Made by a program: the position numbers and the translations under genes
Notes under the pieces: generated by a model
Seen by the model: the letters and a program-made list of their open reading frames with translations, nothing else
Database searches by the model: none
What the model was told of the DNA's origin: nothing
In this document: in pieces, positions 1 through 6,169 of the stretch
How positions within the stretch are numbered: position 1 is the stretch's first letter
Layout: each line of letters starts with the position of its first letter
Virus record (IMG/VR): IMGVR_UViG_3300008119_000003
Coordinates: 56,321-120,320 of that record
Direction: 5' to 3' (one strand)
Origin: a virus
Length of the DNA: 64,000 nt

Positions 1-1349
1 TTCATCATAACCGCTAATGGCGACAGTTCGTCACCACCTAATACAGACCGAATGATACTCGGACTATACCCGCTAACGAGGGCAGTATTAATTGTGTTAG
101 CCTTAACAGGTACATTGCCTAAACGACCGTTAACATTCCAAAAGATTATGCCCGGCATCTCATAACCGCAGTGTGCATACATATCTTTGATAGCATCAAA
201 GTTAGTACGTATACCACAGGCTACATCAAACTCCATGTCACTGATAATCAGTAACTTGGTTGGCATATCTTCCTGTGCTACCTTACCTGCAACAGCACGG
301 TCTAGTAACACTGTGAATGTTTTATTTAGGTCTGTATTCATACCCCAATTTGCTCTACCAAGATTGAATACTTTCTCTGAAAGAGTATTGCCTTCTATCT
401 TGTGGAACTGTGGGCTCTCACTGAACGTTAACACCAAATCCTTGAAAGGACCTTCGTTACGTTCAGAGATATACAAACCTAATCCTATAGATACTTCCAT
501 AGGTTGGCCCATCATACTACCTGATACGTCGCAGACAGGTAAGATTCTATCCTTGCACCCTTCCATATAGTTAGGTAACGACTTCCACATAGCATCATAT
601 GCCTTTGTGTTAAAGCCGTCAACATTAACCTTGTGAACTAAATCACTTGGGAATAATACAGAAGCATTCATCTTCTCCTTACCGTCCATAACATCGCTGA
701 TATAAGACTGATATCTTATACCATCGTGTCTATGAAATGCCTGTACATATCTCTTACCTGCAACAGAAGGTACCTTGCTATACTGAATAGTTTCCCATTC
801 GTTAGCACACATCTTCTGCTCCACGGTATTAGACATAGAGGTAAGTCTTCTACGGAATGTACCTGCTGATACACCGAGATACTTATGCATACCTACAAAC
901 CATTCTCCCTTACGTGGGAACCATTTGGCTAATAGGTTAGCGTTAGCATTCTCGTCTAGTTGGTGCTTTAGCCAATTAAGAGTATCATCACTTGGTCTTT
1001 CTATGATAAAGATATCCTTCCAATACCCAAACGTTGGGATATGGATAGCTACCTGATCATATACTTCACCATCTAGTGTCATTAGATTTCTCATAATTAC
1101 CTGAAAGAATCGCTTCTCTCCCGCACCACCACGTGCATCTCTTGCCCAAAATAGAATCTTAAGAGCAGTTAACTTATCCTCGCGATATGCTCGGGTAAAT
1201 GCTTTTATGATATCTTGTTCAGACATAAAACGGCTCGCACCTGCTATAAAGAACAGGTCAAGACAGTCAATACCTGCAGTACTATGTGTAACTGCGCCGT
1301 TATTGGTAAGACTATCGTTAGAAAACATCGCATTTGTAAAAGCGTCCAT
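1..1349 (-). CDS. DUF2828-family protein (TROVE/Ro60-like helical domain plus C-terminal vWA); 3' end runs off the window
   Basis: Not in the ORF track. Manual translation from ATG at 1349 gives MDAFTNAMFSNDSLTNNGAVTHST...CLDLFF...KILFWARDARGGAGEK...LLAKWFPRK...ILPVCDVSGSM (MIDAS DxSxS)...LGLYISERNEGPF...IISDMEFD...IIFWNV...ALVSGYSP, which matches the DUF2828 motif pattern. Confidence 0.9.
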   Translation of the reverse strand, partial: MDAFTNAMFSNDSLTNNGAVTHSTAGIDCLDLFFIAGASRFMSEQDIIKAFTRAYREDKLTALKILFWARDARGGAGEKRFFQVIMRNLMTLDGEVYDQVAIHIPTFGYWKDIFIIERPSDDTLNWLKHQLDENANANLLAKWFPRKGEWFVGMHKYLGVSAGTFRRRLTSMSNTVEQKMCANEWETIQYSKVPSVAGKRYVQAFHRHDGIRYQSYISDVMDGKEKMNASVLFPSDLVHKVNVDGFNTKAYDAMWKSLPNYMEGCKDRILPVCDVSGSMMGQPMEVSIGLGLYISERNEGPFKDLVLTFSESPQFHKIEGNTLSEKVFNLGRANWGMNTDLNKTFTVLLDRAVAGKVAQEDMPTKLLIISDMEFDVACGIRTNFDAIKDMYAHCGYEMPGIIFWNVNGRLGNVPVKANTINTALVSGYSPSIIRSVLGGDELSPLAVMM

Positions 1350-1415
1350 AGGTAAAAAGGTTTTGGTTAAACATTAATTTAGAGGGGTAGGCCACGAGTA
1401 TCACTACTCGGCTTT

Positions 1416-1709
1416 GCACGTACGACAGAATGAAGAGAGCCTTACAGTTAACTGCTGTGGCCTACCATCTCTTGGTATGGGACTTACCCCATACCGTTAG
1501 CATTGTATTATTAGTTTTACAGTGCTGACTCATTCTTTAACGTGCTAATGTCTTTATGTTAAACAGAATAGTTGTTTAACCTTATTTAATTGTAGTTTTA
1601 ATAGTGCTGAACTATCCTTCACTAACATAAAGACAGGTTGTAAAGATACAGAATGCATTTAACTTCCCATAGTTTGTTTATAGTGCTGTTAGCATTCTTC
1701 CCTTTACAA
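1416..1709 (-). ncRNA. Array of three tandem conserved stem-loop RNAs (Y-RNA-like) upstream of DUF2828
   Basis: Units at 1638-1709, 1549-1635 and 1416-1545. Each has an outer stem, an inner AG(A/G)AU.../...AUUCUGU stem with compensatory changes, and a conserved loop CAGCACURU...AAACUA. A G-U pair favours the minus strand. Confidence 0.7.
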
Positions 1710-1711
1710 TA

Positions 1712-1978
1712 TCAATACTGAATACGATCAGACTCATCGCCGTCCCAAAAGTCGGCTTCGCTAAAACCACCTTTGTAACTATCGGTAAGTTCGCGGATAG
1801 CATCTTCGGTAAAACATTCTTCTATGTTACCTTGTCTAACATATACCAACGACTTCTCCTGTAATAGGGCTTCGTAATGGTCTATAATAGTGGCAACACA
1901 AACGTTAGGCATAACCTTGCCGTCGTAGAGATTAGTAAACTTTCTCTCAACGGCAGAACGGGCAGACATTTTATCCAT
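1712..1978 (-). CDS. hypothetical early protein
   Basis: 88-aa ORF with ATG start, 3 nt from the upstream gene, acidic C-terminus. Confidence 0.7.
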   Translation of the reverse strand: MDKMSARSAVERKFTNLYDGKVMPNVCVATIIDHYEALLQEKSLVYVRQGNIEECFTEDAIRELTDSYKGGFSEADFWDGDESDRIQY

Positions 1979-1981
1979 AGT

Positions 1982-2245
1982 CTAATAGATATCGTGATAA
2001 GGTGAATAATAAGTTACTTGATCACTCCCGGGAACGTACCTTTCGAATGTCGCGGTCCTTCCCTTAATAATACCTTTGCCTGTCAGCCTATAGACTAACT
2101 TGGCTAACCACATCGGATATTCCCATACTCGGTAACCTTTCCTATAATACTCCAACATAAGGAATAGAACAGAATAAGAATCTCGGGAAGTTATCCACTC
2201 GTAGTTATTGTAGGTAGAAACAATAAAGGTTTTCTTACGTAGCAT
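1982..2245 (-). CDS. hypothetical early protein
   Basis: 87-aa ORF in the same operon-like run. Confidence 0.65.
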   Translation of the reverse strand: MLRKKTFIVSTYNNYEWITSRDSYSVLFLMLEYYRKGYRVWEYPMWLAKLVYRLTGKGIIKGRTATFERYVPGSDQVTYYSPYHDIY

Positions 2246-2280
2246 AAAGCAATACAGTTAATAGGTGAATAGATAAGAAT

Positions 2281-2372
2281 AGGTATCATAGAAGGAATAC
2301 AGCAATAGTTAAATTAACAACCTACCTGCACAATGAATACAGTCTATTGCTATATCCTTCCATAATTTACCT
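2281..2372 (-). other. long intergenic hairpin
   Basis: On the minus strand GAAGGAUAUAGCAAUAG pairs with CUAUUGCUGUAUUCCUUC (about 17 bp, one U-G pair), with an outer AGGUA/UACCU stem. Confidence 0.6.
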
Positions 2373-2399
2373 ACCATTTTGACTGATTATCAAGAAGTT

Positions 2400-2428
2400 A
2401 GGGAACAGACCTTGGTTGTCTGTCCCCT
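2400..2428 (-). terminator. GC-rich hairpin after the 138-aa gene (terminator-like, weak U tract)
   Basis: GGGGACAGAC/GUCUGUUCCC stem on the minus strand. Confidence 0.45.
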
Positions 2429-2442
2429 TCTCTGCCTCTCGA

Positions 2443-2859
2443 TTAACCGTTAAATGGGTTCAAATCCTCATCATCTTCTACCTTCTCCTCTGTCTTTACT
2501 GCTTTACGGGTTGTTCCCATCCCGCTGTTAGCCAAACCGAGCATATCCATAACAGCAGAGCTTACTTGATCCTTCAAGAAGTCGTTATTTGCTACTAAGT
2601 TAGCCGCTTTGCGCATCACACTTGTATCCGCTACCACATTACCGTTACTTGTAATGATTAGAGGACAAATCTCTCCGACGTAGTTCAAACTGAAGAACAA
2701 AGGAACGCCGGTATCCTTATCTTCTCTATACTGTTCAGCCTTAACTCGCTTATATTCAGCAAGTTGCTCATCAGTCCCATCGACGCCATATACGAATACG
2801 TCGACCATTTTGTTGTTCTTACCACGCTTCGGGTAACTGTTTAGATAGTTAATTTTCAT
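2443..2859 (-). CDS. hypothetical protein with SSB-like acidic C-terminal tail
   Basis: 138 aa, ends EDDEDLNPFNG, A-rich translation initiation region. Confidence 0.85.
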   Translation of the reverse strand: MKINYLNSYPKRGKNNKMVDVFVYGVDGTDEQLAEYKRVKAEQYREDKDTGVPLFFSLNYVGEICPLIITSNGNVVADTSVMRKAANLVANNDFLKDQVSSAVMDMLGLANSGMGTTRKAVKTEEKVEDDEDLNPFNG

Positions 2860-2930
2860 TACTACTTGTTTATAGGGTTTATATAAAATTGTTTAACCGT
2901 CACATCGGCAAGCGAAGCGAACGGGAAATG

Positions 2931-2966
2931 AGGAAAGGGCAAGAGAAATAAAAAATGAGAGAGCAG
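2931..2966 (-). promoter_or_regulatory. conserved early upstream motif, copy 1
   Basis: Minus strand CTGCTCTCTCATTTTTTATTTCTCTTGCCCTTTCCT; related copies at 3770-3804 and 5359-5423. Confidence 0.55.
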
Positions 2967-3114
2967 CGATAGTTAAAATAGAAGATTTCCCGTAAACACT
3001 GGTGTTTCATCGATGGACGAATCGCACTTTGCTCGGTAGGAAATCTCGCTAAATAGACTAAATCGGGAGGACACCGATGATGACGATGATAGTAAATATC
3101 GTCAGTCTCGCTAC
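2963..3114 (-). ncRNA. putative multi-stem structured RNA/ssDNA element
   Basis: Closing stem GUAGCGA/UCGCUGC and internal stems AGAUUUCCU/GGGAAAUCU, AUCGG/CCGAU and UGACGAU/AUCGUCA. G-U pairs form on the minus strand; no ORF-track call here. Confidence 0.4.
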
Positions 3115-3120
3115 TTTGAT

Positions 3121-3205
3121 AAAAAATAAAGGAACAGTTCCCGATGTACTTATCGAGGAACCGTCCCTGTGGAAAAAAGAAAACAACCGATTAAGGTTGT
3201 TTTCA
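3121..3205 (-). terminator. two tandem intrinsic terminators
   Basis: GAAAACAACC/GGUUGUUUUUC followed by a U tract (3173-3205), and GGGACGGUUCC...GGAACUGUUCC followed by UUUAUUUUUU (3121-3167). Confidence 0.75.
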
Positions 3206-3221
3206 GGTACGAGGAATAGGG

Positions 3222-3737
3222 TTAGTTGAACGGGTCGATATCATCGTCCGAACCGTCTGCTCCGTTCTCGTTAACGGATACAGTCGCCATAATCTTGGCT
3301 ATTTCCGCCTTACGAGCGTTAGCCAATTTATCGCGTTGGACGATTAAGTCTTCGGCATCGGAATCATATCCCGCCTTCTTGGCTTCGTTGATTTCTATCC
3401 ATAACTCGTCGGCCTTGGTCCATACAGGCTTCTTTGCTCCCGTTGCCTTATCGGTAACGATGATGCGTTTCATATCGCAACCCGCAGGCACGAATTGTGA
3501 AGTACGCAAAAGTTGCAAGCCCGTCCCTGTGGACAAATCTCCTTCGCCGTCGTCGAATATAGGCTGATGGCCTGCATCGAGGCTATCTTGCTTATACTGT
3601 TCAACGGCTAACTTGTTAGAACTTGGAAGTATGTAATAGAAATGCATCTTATACTTCTCACCTGTTTCATCGTTAGTACGTGTAATAGGTCCTGTTGGTC
3701 GCTTCGCAACTCTTAACACTTGTTTGTTCTCGCTCAT
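3222..3737 (-). CDS. hypothetical protein with SSB-like acidic tail; probable paralog of 2443-2859
   Basis: 171 aa, ends GSDDDIDPFN. Confidence 0.85.
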   Translation of the reverse strand: MSENKQVLRVAKRPTGPITRTNDETGEKYKMHFYYILPSSNKLAVEQYKQDSLDAGHQPIFDDGEGDLSTGTGLQLLRTSQFVPAGCDMKRIIVTDKATGAKKPVWTKADELWIEINEAKKAGYDSDAEDLIVQRDKLANARKAEIAKIMATVSVNENGADGSDDDIDPFN

Positions 3738-3769
3738 TTTGTGAGGTTTTTGGGGTTATTAATTCAATT

Positions 3770-3804
3770 AGGAAAGGGCAACAAAAATAAATAATGCGTA
3801 GCAG
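3770..3804 (-). promoter_or_regulatory. conserved early upstream motif, copy 2
   Basis: Minus strand CTGCTACGCATTATTTATTTTTGTTGCCCTTTCCT; it contains TAnnTTTG. Confidence 0.55.
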
Positions 3805-3916
3805 GCGTAGGACGGTAGGAGGACGAGGATTGATGATAGTAACCCCTCGTTATGTCGATGCATTAGCCGTCGCGTACGTAAAATAAATAGTGATGGAACA
3901 GCCCCCGATTCATTTG

Positions 3917-3969
3917 TATAGGAATAAGATCGAGGAATAAGATATAGGAATGAGATCGAGGAAACGGAG
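3917..3969. repeat. 13-bp-period tandem repeat, about 4 copies
   Basis: AGGAATAAGAT-CG / AGGAATAAGAT-AT / AGGAATGAGAT-CG / AGGAAACGGAG. Confidence 0.8.
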
Positions 3970-4025
3970 TGAACAATAAGACGAGCCATTACGGCCCGCC
4001 CTACTGTCTTCACCTATGATATACC

Positions 4026-4241
4026 TTACAGCCCGCGTCTACCTTTCTCAAGGTAATCTCGATGACTTAATGGTTTATCCATATAGTTACGGTGATTCAT
4101 TACCACCACTTTGCCAACGGCTTCGTGATGATGACTACTTGTAACTACATAGCCTTCGTCTTCTTTAGCCTTAACTAAATCAGACAAAGGAATGTCTTGC
4201 GCAAGCGCTTGGTCTTCTGTGACCCAAATCTTCTTTTCCAT
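4026..4241 (-). CDS. hypothetical early protein
   Basis: 71 aa with ATG and AT-rich leader. Confidence 0.75.
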   Translation of the reverse strand: MEKKIWVTEDQALAQDIPLSDLVKAKEDEGYVVTSSHHHEAVGKVVVMNHRNYMDKPLSHRDYLEKGRRGL

Positions 4242-4261
4242 AGGTATAGGATTAATTAATT

Positions 4262-4290
4262 AAAAAAGAAAAGGGATTGCTCCCTTCTCT
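4262..4290 (-). terminator. terminator-like hairpin with U tract
   Basis: AGAGAAGGGA-GCAA-UCCCUUUUCUUUUUU on the minus strand (GNRA loop). Confidence 0.65.
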
Positions 4291-4351
4291 CTGACGCCTT
4301 GCTATAGGTGACGCCTACCGCTTCGGTCCTATGTTATCAGGACTTGGACTC

Positions 4352-4564
4352 TTAATCATCTGCTTCCACAGACCAAAATATCAGTATGACTAATATGGCG
4401 AGGAAAGACAGTATCGCCATATATTCAGCCGAATGTATACAATTGAGATAGATATTCAAATCTCCAAAGATGATACAGCCGATTAAAGCAGGTGACACGA
4501 TGATAGTAACATAGATTAGAGCGGTTATCCCAACGGCTCTAAAAAAACTTGTTAATGTTTTCAT
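4352..4564 (-). CDS. small membrane protein with two hydrophobic helices; start reassigned to 4564
   Basis: MKTLTSFFRAVGITALIYVTIIVSPALIGCIIFG...AILSFLAILVILIFWS. The track's upstream GTG start lies inside a terminator hairpin. Confidence 0.75.
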   Translation of the reverse strand: MKTLTSFFRAVGITALIYVTIIVSPALIGCIIFGDLNIYLNCIHSAEYMAILSFLAILVILIFWSVEADD

Positions 4565-4580
4565 ATAGGTGTTATTAATT

Positions 4581-4611
4581 AAAAAAGAAAAGGGCTTATT
4601 AGCCACCCTTT
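4581..4611 (-). terminator. terminator-like hairpin with U tract
   Basis: AAAGGG...CCCUUUUCUUUUUU on the minus strand. Confidence 0.55.
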
Positions 4612-4698
4612 ATGAGTAACGCTCTACGTTACAGGCTATGCATTGCAACCTTGCATAAGGGACGAGTTTGTATACAGGTATCTCGTCAACCTGTTTGC

Positions 4699-4794
4699 TT
4701 ATTCAGCAAGTTCTGAATACGATTCCAACTCTTCCATAGAGTTTGGCTCGCGACCATATTCTTTCACGAATAGGTCCCACAATAATCCCATCAT
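4699..4794 (-). CDS. 31-aa micro-protein
   Basis: Manual translation MMGLLWDLFVKEYGREPNSMEELESYSELAE*, on the same strand as its neighbours. Confidence 0.5.
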   Translation of the reverse strand: MMGLLWDLFVKEYGREPNSMEELESYSELAE

Positions 4795-4847
4795 ATCGGT
4801 GAATATTAGGCATTACATCGGTTAGTTATAGTCAACCGATTTAACTT

Positions 4848-4886
4848 AAAAAAGAAAAGGGCAAACCATATTGGTCTACCCTTTTC
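4848..4886 (-). terminator. intrinsic terminator
   Basis: GAAAAGGGUAGACC-AAUAU-GGUUUGCCCUUUUC followed by a U tract. Confidence 0.75.
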
Positions 4887-4905
4887 AGTTAGTTAACGAT
4901 TACCA

Positions 4906-5340
4906 TTAGAATGGCAAGCCGTCGTCTTCGTCCGTCATCCAATTGTAGACACGAGACTCGTTCCGTTGCAACCGCTCCCTAATCATAGCGATATGAATAG
5001 GTTCGTACCACGGATTGTTCATACGCAAACGCGTTGCTTCGGTTTCCATAACTTCCGCTCTCGCTTCGTTAATGGCATCCTTAACAACCTGTGCTTCGTT
5101 AAACACAGTCGTTGCAAATTCGTAATATGCATATGTCTTACCCTTCCTACTCTCGACAAGTCGAGAATGAAGGTTCATACGCAAATTCGCGTTGTTATCC
5201 CGTTTGTCTTCGATGAAGCATCGAAGCAAATCAAATTGGTTAACGCGCAACTTAACAGTGTATAGGTTGAAACCCATCACATTCATAGTGTCGTACCCGA
5301 AGGTGGCGGAAACACTTGTCGCCTTTGCAGTTTTTGCCAT
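4906..5340 (-). CDS. hypothetical protein with SSB-like acidic tail
   Basis: 144 aa, ends DEDDGLPF. Confidence 0.85.
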   Translation of the reverse strand: MAKTAKATSVSATFGYDTMNVMGFNLYTVKLRVNQFDLLRCFIEDKRDNNANLRMNLHSRLVESRKGKTYAYYEFATTVFNEAQVVKDAINEARAEVMETEATRLRMNNPWYEPIHIAMIRERLQRNESRVYNWMTDEDDGLPF

Positions 5341-5358
5341 AGGATGTTAATTAAAGCA

Positions 5359-5423
5359 AGGAAGGGCAACCCCCGATGCAACTTTTTTTTGCTACTCTAA
5401 AAAAATAATAAATGAGAGAACAG
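5359..5423 (-). promoter_or_regulatory. conserved early upstream motif, copy 3 (split)
   Basis: CTGTTCTCTCATTTATTATTT (19/21 identical to copy 1), then about 30 nt, then TTGCCCTTCCT. Confidence 0.5.
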
Positions 5424-5447
5424 TTTTAGCTTCGTCTCCCGTTTCAA

Positions 5448-5600
5448 GGGGGGTACCCCCGAAGAATTTTTGAAGCCGGGGAATTTTCAATAGGGATCCC
5501 CTACATCCTCTCCTACAATAGTTTTCCCCTACACCAGGGGGTAAGTTCGCCCTTACGTGTACCCGGGGTATGTCCCGTGGAACCTTATTACCCGGGGGTT
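5448..5600. other. cluster of G/C-run palindromes at the early/late divergence (candidate genome terminus, packaging site or origin)
   Basis: GGGGGTACCCCC 5449-5460, GGGATCCC 5493-5500, CCCCT-N5-AGGGG 5526-5540, and TACCCGGGG twice (5560, 5589) in an otherwise AT-rich genome. Confidence 0.5.
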
Positions 5601-5603
5601 ATT

Positions 5604-6151
5604 TGTCCAGTTTTTTGTGTAATAAACTTGACATTCTTATATGCCCCTACATATAGATAAGCCGTATATCGAATTACTATATGCCGGCGCATGTAATTTC
5701 TGGAAAAATTCATGCAGTAATTCGGGAAACTTCCGAGTTTGTCCATGTTTTGTTACGGAGTTTGGCATTCTATAAGTCGCCAATACTCCTAGAATTTTCC
5801 AGTAATGGCGGATTAGCGCATACCCCTTGGGGATTATTTTCCACTAAAAGCCTGATTCTGTAGATTATTTTCCACAATGCTTGTCGCAAGAGTTTACTAT
5901 ATATGAGACAGATGTTATAAACCACATCTAACTCATACCCTTCCGGGTACGGAGTATATTCTCCATACAGGATAATGTCCCTTACAGGGTATAAAACTGA
6001 GGTTTCTTGTTTTTTATAAACCACATTATAGTATGGTATACTATACATTATCTAGAAAAACTAGGGGTTTTGACTGTTATATCATACTTTAGTGTGGTAA
6101 CAATTTTACGCTAAATTTGTTACGAGACAGAACTTTGTATATATTTGTCTC
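5604..6151 (+). repeat. dense array of about 19 sequence-diverse short hairpins/inverted repeats
   Basis: Back-to-back 15-33 nt inverted repeats; see the finding for the list. Confidence 0.65.
6116..6147 (+). promoter_or_regulatory. Bacteroidota sigma-A-type promoter
   Basis: TTTG-N20-TATATTTG matches the TTTG / TAnnTTTG consensus. Confidence 0.7.
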
Positions 6152-6169
6152 AGCTAAACCAATAAACAT

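Noticed and set aside
187-570. 127-aa plus-strand ORF
   Set aside because: Antisense shadow of the DUF2828 gene.
1452-1466. GGCCACAGCAG resembles the 5' end of the CPEB3/HDV-like ribozyme
   Set aside because: No P3/L3, P1.1 or downstream P2 partner could be placed; probably coincidence.
1416-1709. CRISPR array
   Set aside because: Conservation is structural with short split motifs; there is no identical repeat-spacer pattern and no cas gene in the window.
2950-2966. CTGCTCTCTCATTTT resembles part of some type VI-B CRISPR repeats
   Set aside because: It lacks the GTTG...CAAC ends and the repeat hairpin.
3000-3106. Hammerhead core CUGACGA...GAAA on the minus strand
   Set aside because: The flanking stems I-III and a cleavage triplet could not be assembled.
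3768-4013. 81-aa minus-strand ORF
   Set aside because: GTG start; it runs through the tandem repeat, structured element and promoter-like motif, so it is likely non-coding.
5681-6048. ORFs 5681-5863 (+) and 5770-6048 (-)
   Set aside because: They overlap each other and the hairpin array, lack typical leaders and show no recognisable motifs.
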